This document shows, piece after piece, positions 36,655 through 46,231 of a stretch of DNA of 64,000 bases; positions within the stretch are counted from its first letter, which is position 1, and every line of letters starts with the position of its first letter. Position numbers and translations under genes: made by a program. The notes below the pieces were generated by a model that saw nothing but the letters and a program-made list of their open reading frames with translations, did not search any database and was not told the DNA's origin. Location: the NCBI GenBank assembly GCA_045577985.1, contig JAZNJJ010000026.1, forward strand, positions 19,403 to 83,402. The letters are read 5' to 3'. The DNA comes from Alphaproteobacteria bacterium (lineage in GTDB: Bacteria > Pseudomonadota > Alphaproteobacteria > RF32 > CAG-239).

Positions 36655-36686
36655 AAAGCCTTTGCTATGCAAGGGCTTTTATTTTT
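36655..36686. terminator. bidirectional terminator between rplI and the GT2 gene
   Basis: GCCTTTGCtatGCAAGGGC (one G-T pair) flanked by A7 and a T-run. Overlaps the GT2 stop. Confidence 0.65.
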
Positions 36687-37470
36687 TACGTTTGATATAA
36701 ATTTTGAAACCTAAAATAGAGATAATTTTAAACTTTTTATCTGTAGAATTTTTTATAGAAAAGATTTTCTGAAATATTTTACTTCTATGATTATGCTTGT
36801 ATTTTGTTATTTCTGCATCTGTATAATATTTTTGATGAACCCTATCAATTTCCGGTCTATTTCTACTACTGTCAGATGATATTCCGCCAGCTCTAAAAGA
36901 AGCGATAATATATGGAACATATTCAAAAGTTCCGCCATTAACAGCCAGATTTGTAAATTTTTCAAAATCAGCAACTATACGGAATGATTCATCATACAAA
37001 CCTAGCTTATTGAAAACATCTTTTTTAATGAATGTTGCTTGATGGCATAATGTATCATTTATGAAAAAATATTTATTATGAACTTTTCTGCTATGAAAAA
37101 CTTTTTTCCATTTTATATAATCAAATTCTATATCGCCATAAATAACATCAGCTTTATGAGATTGAGTAAAAATTTCTTCTAATAATGTTTCTTTATAAAA
37201 AGAATCTCCCGCATTCATAAAAATAAGATATTCTCCTTTCGCCTGACTGATACCTTTATTCATAGCATTATAAATACCATCATCAGGTTCCGAAACAAAG
37301 TATGTCATTTTATTTTTATATTGAGAAAAAATATCTAATATCTCTGATTTTGAACCTCCATCGATAACAATCCATTCAAAATCATCAAAGCTTTGAGATG
37401 CAATACTCTTACAAGTATCTTCAACACCTTCGGCATTATAGCAAATTGTTATAACTGAGACTTTAACCAT
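36679..37470 (-). CDS. family 2 glycosyltransferase
   Basis: VSVITICYNAE....CKSIASQSFDDFEWIVIDGGS, followed by a DxD-like region (EPDDGIYNAMNKG). Very AT-rich. Confidence 0.75.
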   Translation of the reverse strand: MVKVSVITICYNAEGVEDTCKSIASQSFDDFEWIVIDGGSKSEILDIFSQYKNKMTYFVSEPDDGIYNAMNKGISQAKGEYLIFMNAGDSFYKETLLEEIFTQSHKADVIYGDIEFDYIKWKKVFHSRKVHNKYFFINDTLCHQATFIKKDVFNKLGLYDESFRIVADFEKFTNLAVNGGTFEYVPYIIASFRAGGISSDSSRNRPEIDRVHQKYYTDAEITKYKHNHRSKIFQKIFSIKNSTDKKFKIISILGFKIYIKRKK

Positions 37471-37496
37471 GATATAAAGACCTAAAAATAAGGCGG

Positions 37497-37662
37497 TCGG
37501 GGAGTTCGCAAATCATAATTCAGAAAAATGATTTCTTGTGCCTTTAAAAGTAGTGTAGAACCGTTTTATACTTTTTGGACATACGCACAAGACTCCCCGA
37601 TCATTAGGGGGATATATTCTTTTAAAGGCGAATATACAAGCCCTCTGAATTATTAACCTGCG
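37497..37662. other. GC-richer structured element: ~156-nt imperfect inverted repeat (rod) plus competing 9-bp GGGG/CCCC pairings. Candidate sRNA, cis-leader or MITE.
   Basis: Arms 37507-37550 and 37619-37662 pair as 4+10+5+11 bp. TCGGGGAGT (37497-37505) is perfectly complementary to ACTCCCCGA (37592-37600), which can alternatively pair with GGGGGA at 37607-37612. Confidence 0.5.
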
Positions 37663-37778
37663 AAAGTTAATGTGGTAATAATAAAGAATCATTACCTCTT
37701 TTTTGTATATAAAATTTTAAAATATAAATCAATAATATTTTTTAGTACCTGAGCAAAAGTTTATATTTATCAAAATTA

Positions 37779-38204
37779 TTATTTAAACTGCTCAGCAAAC
37801 TTATATTTGTCTATTCCATTTATCTTTAAAATCTGTGGATTTTGTAATATATTTGGTAACTCGATAGAAACAAAAGTGCTGCGCTTATCTGCATTATACA
37901 CAAATGCTGTTATATTTCCAGAAGCAGACCATATAAAACGCCGTGAAGCAATTGCCCAAACTTTCATTATTTCTGGATCTGGTATGCCATTACAAGAATC
38001 CAAGCCTAAGGCTATGAGCTTTTTACCACATTCAGTATTATCTAAAGTATAAGTTCCTGCATTTTCTTTTATATACTGTAAAGCTTGACGCTTATTTTCG
38101 TCTGTTTCTAAAAAACTGACACTATATAAAACTACACTATCAGGAGGTGTTGTTACATCTGCATTTTGAGCTATATTATAGGCTTTTTCTAAATTATTTT
38201 GCAT
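37779..38204 (-). CDS. hypothetical protein
   Basis: 141-aa ORF, no signal peptide, no motif recognised. Confidence 0.4.
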   Translation of the reverse strand: MQNNLEKAYNIAQNADVTTPPDSVVLYSVSFLETDENKRQALQYIKENAGTYTLDNTECGKKLIALGLDSCNGIPDPEIMKVWAIASRRFIWSASGNITAFVYNADKRSTFVSIELPNILQNPQILKINGIDKYKFAEQFK

Positions 38205-38280
38205 TTAAATATCCTTATATTCACAAAAAGACTTCGGATTTACCATAGGTTTCCGGATAAAATTATATATTTGTAAATTA

Positions 38281-38832
38281 TTATTCAGCTGTTGCTACAG
38301 GCATCTCTGTTGTTTCTTCAGCAGTTTTACGTTTTGCACCACGACGAGAAACTTTAGCCTCTTTTTCTGTCGGTAGTGTTTCTGCGTTGTTTTCAGCTAC
38401 TTCAACTACTGTAAAACTACGTCTTTTTCTCGTTGTTTTCTCAGCAACTTTTTTTGTTGGATGCTCTTCTGATGTTGTCTCTTCTGCTGTTATTTCTGTT
38501 ACATTATTTTCTATTGTCTTATCTGCAACTTCACTATCTTCGCTTTTTTCTGTTGCTTCAATATTATTTTCATTTTGAGCTTGATTTTCTCTACTTTGAT
38601 TCTTGCGTTCGTTAATCTCTGTTACAATTTTACGATAATGTTCTGCATATTGACGAAATACTTCCATTTCAACATAGTTACCATTGCTATGAGCCTCTTT
38701 AGCTAACTCATTATACTTTTTTATTAAATCTAATGCCGTTCCACTAAATTTACCTGCAGAACTAACACTATCAAATTTGTAATTTAACGAATATACATTA
38801 TTACCGCGAAATTTATTATTAACTTTTCTCAT
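38281..38832 (-). CDS. DUF4167-like protein (alphaproteobacterial conserved, adjacent to prmC)
   Basis: N-terminal G.A..L..KY..LA.EA...G......E.F.Q.AEHY.(R/K)I pattern, followed by a low-complexity E/T/K tail. Confidence 0.55.
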   Translation of the reverse strand: MRKVNNKFRGNNVYSLNYKFDSVSSAGKFSGTALDLIKKYNELAKEAHSNGNYVEMEVFRQYAEHYRKIVTEINERKNQSRENQAQNENNIEATEKSEDSEVADKTIENNVTEITAEETTSEEHPTKKVAEKTTRKRRSFTVVEVAENNAETLPTEKEAKVSRRGAKRKTAEETTEMPVATAE

Positions 38833-38920
38833 TTATAAACCAATCAAAAAAAACAAGCCTTATAGCCTTAATAAAATTAAACATTTTTGAGCGACAAAAA
38901 ATATGCTCATTTTTTATATA

Positions 38921-39787
38921 CTAATTTTTTTTTATTTCTGCAATAGCTTTTTGCATAATTACACATCGTTCTATTGATGATAAATCACAAGCCGTTGTTT
39001 TGTGAATAAATCCTTTTTTAGAAAATATTTTGATAATTTCTTGAGATTGAAAAATACCTGCCTCAATAAAAATAAGACCATTATCTTTTAATAAGTCAGG
39101 AGCCAACTCTGATATCCTTATATAACTATCAAGACCATCTTTTCCACCGTCTAATGCTAATATCGGGTCGTGCTCTTTAACTTCATCATCTAATTTTTTT
39201 ATATCATCACTGGGAATATATGGTGGATTAGTAACAATTATATCATATTGTTGATTAAAGTTTTTTAGAAAATTATTGGCAAACCAATCTGCCTGTATAA
39301 AATTTATACGTTCATTTACTCCTAATTTGCGAGCATTTTGTTTTGCTACTTTTAGTGCTTCATCAGATATATCAACTGCATCTCCTTTGGCACTTGGCAT
39401 CTCTAATAATAATGATTCAATAATGCAACCACTTCCCGTACCTAAATCTAAAATAGATACATCTGTTTTTTCCTTTGTATATTCTAAAACACTTTCTACC
39501 AGAATTTCGGTATCACAACGTGGTGATAAAACATATTCATTAGTAAAAAATTCTGCTTTGAAAAATTCTTTATGACCAATAATTTTATCTAAGGGATAAT
39601 GGTTGATTCTTTTGGTTAATAATTTTTCTATTTTTTCTTTATTTATATCATCAATCTCTTTTCCCATATATATTTCTGACGGAGAACATTCTAAAACATG
39701 AGAAATTAAAATACGTGCTTCTAATCGAGGATTACTAATTCCTCCATCTACAAGTTTTTGTATTACGTAAGAATAAAAATCTATCAT
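38921..39787 (-). CDS. prmC: peptide chain release factor N5-glutamine methyltransferase PrmC (HemK)
   Basis: SAM motif ILDLGTGSGCI and catalytic IIVTNPPYI. Start abuts the rpoH stop. Confidence 0.85.
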   Translation of the reverse strand: MIDFYSYVIQKLVDGGISNPRLEARILISHVLECSPSEIYMGKEIDDINKEKIEKLLTKRINHYPLDKIIGHKEFFKAEFFTNEYVLSPRCDTEILVESVLEYTKEKTDVSILDLGTGSGCIIESLLLEMPSAKGDAVDISDEALKVAKQNARKLGVNERINFIQADWFANNFLKNFNQQYDIIVTNPPYIPSDDIKKLDDEVKEHDPILALDGGKDGLDSYIRISELAPDLLKDNGLIFIEAGIFQSQEIIKIFSKKGFIHKTTACDLSSIERCVIMQKAIAEIKKN

Positions 39788-40693
39788 TTAGGCGGCGCCA
39801 CTTAAACTTAATTTAACTTCTGCTGATAATTTTTCAAAGGCTCTTTTTTCTATTTGACGAACTCGTTCTCGACTAATATTAAATTTATTGCCAATGTCAT
39901 CTAATGTTTGAGGAGAATCTGTCAACATTCTGTTTTTCACAATATATTGTTCTCGCTCATTTAACTTAGCTACAGCATTTAATAGAATCTTGTGTTTTAA
40001 TAAAGCTTCCTGTTTTTGTTCTAATCGACCTTCAATATTTTGACTTTTATCCGCAAGTAAATCTATTTTTTCTACGGTTTCATCATCTGCACCATAAACC
40101 GTCGTATTAAGAGAATAATCACCGCTGATACGACGGTTCATCTCAATAACATCTCGCTCATCTACAATTAATTCTCCAGCTATTTGCTTTACAACTGCCG
40201 GTTCTAATTCTTTATTTTCATATAGTCCCAATCTGGCTTTTATGCGACTCAAATTATAAAATAATTTTTTTTGTGCGGCAACTGTTCCAATTTTAACTAA
40301 GGACCACGAACGCAAAACAAAATCATTTAAGGCTGCTTTTATCCATAATATAGCATATGTCGATAACCGAACATTTTTACTTACATCAAATTTTTTTACC
40401 GCTTGCATCAAACCTATATTTGCTTCAGAAATTAAATCCGCTGTCGGTAAGCCATATCTTCGATATGTTAAAGCGATTTTCACAGCCAGACGCAAATGAG
40501 ATGTTATTAATCTCTGAGCGGCTTGCAAATCCCCTCTTTCTTTAAATTCATAGATTAAACGATTTTCTTCATCTTCTGTGAGAATCGGAAATTGTTTGAT
40601 TTGCTCCAAATAAGCATGTAGGCCATCATCTGCAACAATTGCAGGCAGATTACTTTTGTTTTCATAAACAACTATATCTGTACTTTTTACCAA
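39788..40693 (-). CDS. rpoH: RNA polymerase sigma-32 factor RpoH
   Basis: Sigma-70 regions 2-4 and an RpoH-box-like QKKLFYNLSRIKARL. About 300 aa. Confidence 0.85.
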   Translation of the reverse strand: MVKSTDIVVYENKSNLPAIVADDGLHAYLEQIKQFPILTEDEENRLIYEFKERGDLQAAQRLITSHLRLAVKIALTYRRYGLPTADLISEANIGLMQAVKKFDVSKNVRLSTYAILWIKAALNDFVLRSWSLVKIGTVAAQKKLFYNLSRIKARLGLYENKELEPAVVKQIAGELIVDERDVIEMNRRISGDYSLNTTVYGADDETVEKIDLLADKSQNIEGRLEQKQEALLKHKILLNAVAKLNEREQYIVKNRMLTDSPQTLDDIGNKFNISRERVRQIEKRAFEKLSAEVKLSLSGAA

Positions 40694-40711
40694 AGCTTAA
40701 CCTCTTAGCTA

Positions 40712-41347
40712 TTACCAACTATAAGTAAATGTTGCGTCTTCAATTTGTTGCGGTGTGGAAATCAAATTAGGGACAACTACTTTATAGTAATTTAAATATT
40801 GATATATAATTACATATAAGTTTTTAAAATTTTTAGATTTATTATCTACACTTTTACATATTCGATAAATCGTCCGATGTTCATTTATTTTTAAATGAGC
40901 TAACAAAGACATTGTTGTATAGTTTTCTTTTCCAGAAATATCATCTTCTGATACTTGTGAAAAATCATGTAAATTACGAACCAAAAGTAACCGGTCTCTT
41001 TTTTCAATCACCGAATTAGTATTGATTTTATTTATATAATTATAGATGAAAGACTCTACTTGTTTTTTTAATTTAGTATCAGAACATTTCAGTTCTGGAA
41101 GTTTATCATCTTCTTCAATAAAATTTACATCTGTACTATTGGGTTGTGACTGTTCTTCTTCAGACATCTCTTTTTCTATAGGACGAATATCTGTACCGGC
41201 ATAAAACTCATCTTCATCCGGAGTCATTTCTTCATAGTTAATGGATGACGGAAAATTTGTATATTCAACTCCGTCGTTAGCATATGTTTTTGAACATATA
41301 ATCCCCATAGCAAATAATAAAACAAGTATAGCTTTCTTCATCGTCAT
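40712..41347 (-). CDS. secreted hypothetical protein
   Basis: Signal peptide KKAILVLLFAMGIICSKTYA, with an acidic N-terminal part. No motif. Confidence 0.45.
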   Translation of the reverse strand: MTMKKAILVLLFAMGIICSKTYANDGVEYTNFPSSINYEEMTPDEDEFYAGTDIRPIEKEMSEEEQSQPNSTDVNFIEEDDKLPELKCSDTKLKKQVESFIYNYINKINTNSVIEKRDRLLLVRNLHDFSQVSEDDISGKENYTTMSLLAHLKINEHRTIYRICKSVDNKSKNFKNLYVIIYQYLNYYKVVVPNLISTPQQIEDATFTYSW

Positions 41348-41350
41348 TCC

Positions 41351-42739
41351 TTAGAAACTGATTGATTTAGGTGTTCGAGGGAACGGAATTGTATCACGGA
41401 TGTTAGTAATACCTGTTACCAACATCATCATTCTTTCAAATCCCAAACCGAATCCGGCATGAGGAACAGTTCCGTATTTTCGAGAATCGAGATACCACGA
41501 ATAGCTATCTAATTCCATGCCCATATCTTTTATTTTTTGAACAAGAACATCATATCTATCTTCACGCTGAGAACCTCCAATAAGTTCACCTATTCTTGGT
41601 ACTAATACATCCATAGCAGCAACTGTTTTTCCATCATCATTTAAGCGCATATAAAAAGCCTTAATTTCTTTTGGATAATCTCTCACAATTACTGGTCGTT
41701 TGAAGTATTCTTCTGCTAAAAAACGCTCATGTTCTGTTTGTAAATCTATTCCATATTGTGGCTCATATTCAAACTTACGATTAGAATTTTTCATAATTTC
41801 AATCGCTTCAGTATATGTAATACGAGCAAAACCATTATCAACAATATTACTTAATGTTTGTTTTAATGTAGGATCAACAAAACGCTCGAATAAATCTAAA
41901 TCATCCGAACAATTTTCCATAATATCTTTAACACAATAGCGAACCATGTCTTCAGCCAAATCCATATCATCATTTAAATCTGCAAAAGCCATTTCTGGTT
42001 CTATCATCCAAAATTCAGCAGCATGACGTGGTGTGTTAGAGTTTTCTGCTCTAAATGTTGGACCAAATGTATATATATCTCCAAGAGCACATGCATACAT
42101 CTCACCATTTAATTGGCCTGATACGGTCAAGTGTGCTTCTTTACCGAAAAAGTCTTTACTATAATCAACTTGACCATTTGGTAGTTTTGGCGGATTTTTC
42201 ATATCTAATGTTGTGATTTGACACATTTCACCTGCTCCTTCACAATCAGATCCGGTTATAATTGGAGTGTGTACATAAGAAAAACCTCGACTTTGGAAAA
42301 AACTATGGATAGCATAAGATAAACGAGATCTAACTCTAAATGCTGCTCCATATTTGTTTGTTCGTGGACGTAAATGAGCTATTGAACGCAAAAATTCATC
42401 TGTCATTCCTTTTTTTTGCAAAGGATAATCATCTGGGGCAACACCATATATTTCTATTTCTGTTGCAACAATTTCATATTTCTGCTTACCGCCGGCAGAA
42501 GCTACTAATGCTCCTTTTACGGATATAGATGAGCCAGTTGTTAATTTTTTTACATCATTATAATTATTGAGGGTATTATTGGCGATTATTTGAATATTTT
42601 TTAAACATGATCCATCATTTAATTCAACAAATGAAAAATCTTTAGAATCTCTTTTTGTTCTAACCCAACCTTTTACTAATACTTCAGAAATAGTTTCTTC
42701 CGATGCCAATAATGTTTTTATTTTAGTTCTTTTTAACAT
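41351..42739 (-). CDS. asnS: asparagine--tRNA ligase
   Basis: Collinear with E. coli AsnRS as I recall it (VRGWVRT.RDSK, FGPTFRAENSNT.RH.AEFWM.EPE.AF, IGGSQRE.R.D, GFGLGFER, FPRTP...SF). Confidence 0.93.
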   Translation of the reverse strand: MLKRTKIKTLLASEETISEVLVKGWVRTKRDSKDFSFVELNDGSCLKNIQIIANNTLNNYNDVKKLTTGSSISVKGALVASAGGKQKYEIVATEIEIYGVAPDDYPLQKKGMTDEFLRSIAHLRPRTNKYGAAFRVRSRLSYAIHSFFQSRGFSYVHTPIITGSDCEGAGEMCQITTLDMKNPPKLPNGQVDYSKDFFGKEAHLTVSGQLNGEMYACALGDIYTFGPTFRAENSNTPRHAAEFWMIEPEMAFADLNDDMDLAEDMVRYCVKDIMENCSDDLDLFERFVDPTLKQTLSNIVDNGFARITYTEAIEIMKNSNRKFEYEPQYGIDLQTEHERFLAEEYFKRPVIVRDYPKEIKAFYMRLNDDGKTVAAMDVLVPRIGELIGGSQREDRYDVLVQKIKDMGMELDSYSWYLDSRKYGTVPHAGFGLGFERMMMLVTGITNIRDTIPFPRTPKSISF

Positions 42740-42884
42740 TTTTCCCTCTATTTTTTTTATTTTAATGTTAATATTTATTCAAATCTTATGCACTATATAT
42801 CATTCATCTTAAATTGTCTAGCCTTGACAACAAATTTTATATGGATAATTATGTAGTTAGTGTTTATTTTTAGGAGAATCAATA

Positions 42885-43337
42885 ATGAAAAAGAATCTGT
42901 TGTATGTTTTACCTGTTTTAATGGCTTTATCCGCTTGTGCTCCAAGAATTGGTAGTAGCGATTATGGTTATTCTTCCGTTGGTCAAGTTTCAAGTACGTT
43001 TCCTTGTACTGTTATTTCTGTAAGAGCTGTAAATGTTAACAGCGGAGGCGGAACTGGGTCTGTTTTGGGCGGTGTAGCTGGAGGATTTGCAGGTTCAACT
43101 ATCGGACACGGAAAAAGTTCTCATGTATTAGGAGCTATCGGAGGTGCAGCTGTTGGCGCATTAGCAGGAAATATGGCTGAAGGTGCTTTGATGAGACAAA
43201 GCGGATATGAATATGTTGTCAGAACAGATAATGGTGGTATTTATACAGTTACTCAGGGTGCTGATAATTTAATTGCTGCAGGACAGAGATGTATGCTTAT
43301 AAATGGAAATCCTGCAAGAGTAATTCCTTATTATTAA
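42885..43337 (+). CDS. glycine-zipper outer-membrane lipoprotein (SlyB/Pcp/17-kDa-antigen-like)
   Basis: Lipobox MALSAC. GxxxG-rich segment GSVLGGVAGGFAGSTIG...GAIGGAAVGALAG. Confidence 0.7.
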   Translation: MKKNLLYVLPVLMALSACAPRIGSSDYGYSSVGQVSSTFPCTVISVRAVNVNSGGGTGSVLGGVAGGFAGSTIGHGKSSHVLGAIGGAAVGALAGNMAEGALMRQSGYEYVVRTDNGGIYTVTQGADNLIAAGQRCMLINGNPARVIPYY

Positions 43338-43391
43338 TTTAAAAAAAATATTGCACTTAAAAAAATAATCAGCTAAATTGCCGATTATTCT

Positions 43392-43482
43392 GGATAGATG
43401 GCCGAGTGGTCGAAGGCGCACGATTGGAAATCGTGTGTACCTCCAAAGGGTACCGTGAGTTCGAATCTCACTCTATCCGCCA
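43392..43482 (+). tRNA. tRNA-Ser (anticodon GGA), CCA encoded
   Basis: GGATAGA...TCTATCC acceptor stem, GCCGAGTGGTCGAAGGC D-arm, CACGA-TTGGAAA-TCGTG anticodon arm, long variable arm, GAGTTCGAATCTC T-arm, GCCA 3' end. 91 nt. Confidence 0.92.
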
Positions 43483-43493
43483 TTTTACTTTTT

Positions 43494-43522
43494 AACCTGC
43501 TGACGGAGCAGGTTATTTTTTT
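43494..43522 (+). terminator. rho-independent terminator after tRNA-Ser
   Basis: AACCTGCTgacggAGCAGGTT followed by ATTTTTTT. Confidence 0.8.
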
Positions 43523-43638
43523 GTTTAAAAATGGAATTACTAAACCAACTTATTACAGATATAAAGAGAGTTTTGGATTGTGAGCCATAAAGAAAAACTC
43601 CTCACAATTTTTGTGTTGTGAGAGGGTTTAATTAGTTT

Positions 43639-43932
43639 TTATTCACATTTAACATCGTTACGGGTTATGTTTGTAAAATCAATGATTTCATTGGTAGTAT
43701 CCCATATTGTTACCTCAACAGTTTCACCAATAGAAGATGTAGCTATGTGAGAAAACGTTGAATTTGCATAATTTCATGATAAAGACTTGTGTAAACAAGA
43801 TGCATGATGGGTATAATGCAATTCTTTATATTCCTCATTACTTTTTATTGCTATTAGTACGAGGCTGCGATCTACACCTGTCATCACTACCGGTTGACAC
43901 ACAATTTGTCCTGTAATTCTTTTTTCTTTCAT
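43639..43932 (-). pseudogene. 97-codon ORF interrupted by a single in-frame TGA at codon 53 (43774-43776)
   Basis: ATG at 43932 and TAA at 43639-43641. By my coordinate arithmetic, both halves are in the same frame (156 and 291 nt from the ATG are multiples of 3). Lies 10 nt downstream of the 130-aa gene. Confidence 0.45.
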
Positions 43933-43942
43933 AAGCCATTTT

Positions 43943-44335
43943 TTAAGGTTTCATTACTTTTACATTGATTGTATTGATACAACGATGATAACAACGTACA
44001 ACCTCATCAAGATCAGTTTCTGCTGTAATATAAAGTTTTCTGTTATTAAATACAGCACGCACAGGTAGTTTAATAAAAGTACTTAAAATTTTCATCTCTT
44101 TCAAAACATCAGAAAGATCAGAACCACATGATGGCTCTATAATCACCTCATAGAAAGTTCGGGGATTACTCGTGCTATTGTTGAGAAGTTCTTGTCTTTT
44201 TCTTACTTCCTCACCATGTTTTTCTGCTTTTTTCAGCAGTTTATTAAAGCTTTTTAATAGCCCACTGAAAATTACAATAAATACAATGGTGCAAATAGCA
44301 ATTATTGACCAAAAAATAATTCTTTCTGTTACCAT
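43943..44335 (-). CDS. hypothetical membrane-anchored protein
   Basis: 130 aa, N-terminal TM (IIFWSIIAICTIVFIVIFSGLL). No motif. Confidence 0.4.
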   Translation of the reverse strand: MVTERIIFWSIIAICTIVFIVIFSGLLKSFNKLLKKAEKHGEEVRKRQELLNNSTSNPRTFYEVIIEPSCGSDLSDVLKEMKILSTFIKLPVRAVFNNRKLYITAETDLDEVVRCYHRCINTINVKVMKP

Positions 44336-44509
44336 AACATAATATTTTAATAGTTTAACATAATAATTTTTAATAGTGGGCTGATACTAATCGATGTTAC
44401 TATAAAAATGAAGATATTTTCTATATTTCAAAAATTGTTGCATTCTCTTACAAAATATGTATAATAAGCACAAAATAATATAATTATATCACCTTAATTT
44501 TTATGTCTT

Positions 44510-45007
44510 ATGAAAAACAAAGTTTTTTTATTTTTTATGATGCTTGTTTGCATGGTTACAACTTCTTTTGCTAATGACGATGTAAAAAAAAGCGATGAGA
44601 TAGTGATAATCGGAGTTGGTCATATAGATAGTCATTTTGATGAATACGGAAATCTCCTCTACTATTTCGAGGCTGGAGGTAAAAGGTATTATATTGATGA
44701 ACGTACTATATTATTATCCCCAGCAGGAATTGAACAAGATAAAAAGTATCATATCATAGATTCTTATGGAAGACCTAGACGTTTTAACAGTGGCGACCAA
44801 GTTACGTGTTTTCGTTTAAAAAGTTCTCCATTATCAGTTTATGATTTTGTTCAAGGATATGTAAACGAAGAAGAAATTGCCAATATTGCCAATCTTACTC
44901 CTGAAGAGATTGCAAAAGTTACTCCATATGAAAGATTTTGGCTTATTTCAATATGTTTTGTATTGGCTGGTCTTTTAGCACTGGGTGTACCTGGGGATGA
45001 TTGTTAA
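44510..45007 (+). CDS. hypothetical secreted protein with a C-terminal TM anchor
   Basis: Signal peptide FLFFMMLVCMVTTSFA and a C-terminal helix FWLISICFVLAGLLALGV. Confidence 0.4.
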   Translation: MKNKVFLFFMMLVCMVTTSFANDDVKKSDEIVIIGVGHIDSHFDEYGNLLYYFEAGGKRYYIDERTILLSPAGIEQDKKYHIIDSYGRPRRFNSGDQVTCFRLKSSPLSVYDFVQGYVNEEEIANIANLTPEEIAKVTPYERFWLISICFVLAGLLALGVPGDDC

Positions 45008-45115
45008 ACAAGATTGCATTTTATAGCTTGTTTATCGTCAAATTATCCGTAATGAGTTAAAACTTTTACTGTTCTCGTATTGTTTATATCCCCTCATTTG
45101 ATGAGGGGGTATTGT

Positions 45116-46228
45116 TTAATATTTAATACCTATTCCTGATATAACTCCATATCCTCGATTATCATTATCAGATACTAATCCGTGTGTATTTAGATATGTA
45201 GCTGATAAAAATATATCTAAATATTTATTATAACTATATACATTGGACCATAATATCAAATTATCTTGATGACGAGTATTTTCAGCTTTTGTATTTAAAT
45301 ATGCTATATTTGTTTTGTAGTTATCCCACTTATATCCGATACTTATATTCCAAGCAGTAGACTCTCTATAATTATCAAAATAAGCTGGTAAATATTCGTT
45401 TATACGTGAGGTTGAAATACTATTTTTATTTCCGTCAACATATGCTTTTTTGTAACCTGTTGCTATATTAAAATTATTATACTCAAACGTTAATCCTATA
45501 GATAATTCTTTATCTGTTTCATTAAAGATTCCATAACCCAATGAAGTATAAAATTTTGAATGACACAATTGCCATTTTTTCTGTAATCCGAAACTGTATC
45601 CATCCTCATTTGTTTCGTAATCGACATAACGACTTACCATACCTCTGCGATGCTCATTTTGAGGTGTATATGAGAATCCTATCTTTAATGAATCTTTATA
45701 TGGTAATATATACGTAAACTTGGCTGCTCTCCCGTCATTCATTATTGATGTAGATTTTGGTGTTGCATAAAATGTTGATTTATATCCATTGTTCCAATTT
45801 GGATTACTCAAAAAATACGTAGCATTAGAATCATCTATTTTTAAGAATGTTATATCTTGAGCCCCTTTGTGCAACATGTAGGCTGCATTATACGTATAAC
45901 CCAGATAAAATTCTCCTAAATTATTTTTATCAATTATGTATGGATAAAATCGATATTCTCCACCGCGACGATTTTTATCATCCTGACGAAACATTATGGT
46001 TGTAGATGCATGTAAACCTAAACTATGATTTTGATTAAATTCATAATCTGCTTTTAAAGATGTATCAGCTCTTAATACCCAACGATTAGGATATTTATTT
46101 TCTTCTTTAGTTTCCGATACTCCATAATATCCACCAGCTAAACCTGAGGCATCAAATTTCCAAGTTCCGGCATATACAATAATCGGACATATTGATAGTA
46201 AAAATATGAGTATTATTAGTTTTTTCAT
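45116..46228 (-). CDS. putative outer-membrane beta-barrel protein (porin-like)
   Basis: Signal peptide, alternating aromatic/polar beta-strand pattern, Y/G/N-rich, C-terminal ...GIGIKY. Confidence 0.5.
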   Translation of the reverse strand: MKKLIILIFLLSICPIIVYAGTWKFDASGLAGGYYGVSETKEENKYPNRWVLRADTSLKADYEFNQNHSLGLHASTTIMFRQDDKNRRGGEYRFYPYIIDKNNLGEFYLGYTYNAAYMLHKGAQDITFLKIDDSNATYFLSNPNWNNGYKSTFYATPKSTSIMNDGRAAKFTYILPYKDSLKIGFSYTPQNEHRRGMVSRYVDYETNEDGYSFGLQKKWQLCHSKFYTSLGYGIFNETDKELSIGLTFEYNNFNIATGYKKAYVDGNKNSISTSRINEYLPAYFDNYRESTAWNISIGYKWDNYKTNIAYLNTKAENTRHQDNLILWSNVYSYNKYLDIFLSATYLNTHGLVSDNDNRGYGVISGIGIKY

Positions 46229-46231
46229 TAA

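Noticed and set aside
37497-37662. Known housekeeping RNAs (SRP/4.5S, tmRNA, RNase P) as the identity of the structured element
   Set aside because: I could not find the conserved SRP domain IV sequence (…GGAAGGAAGCAG…), a tRNA-like GGTTCGAATCC/ACCA end, or RNase P conserved blocks. The length is also too short for RNase P.
43398-43583. 61-aa ORF MAEWSKAHDWKS...
   Set aside because: It lies on top of tRNA-Ser(GGA) (43392-43482) and its terminator, so it is a spurious ORF.
43774-43776. Selenocysteine, or UGA-as-Trp recoding, of the in-frame TGA
   Set aside because: TGA functions as a stop for conserved genes in this window, and conserved proteins are full length under the standard code. There is no obvious SECIS-like hairpin immediately downstream and no selenoprotein context.
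43483-45115. A bona fide tRNA-integrated genomic island or prophage remnant
   Set aside because: There is no integrase, no phage-like genes, and no direct repeat of the tRNA-Ser 3' end visible in the window. Only weak positional evidence supports it.
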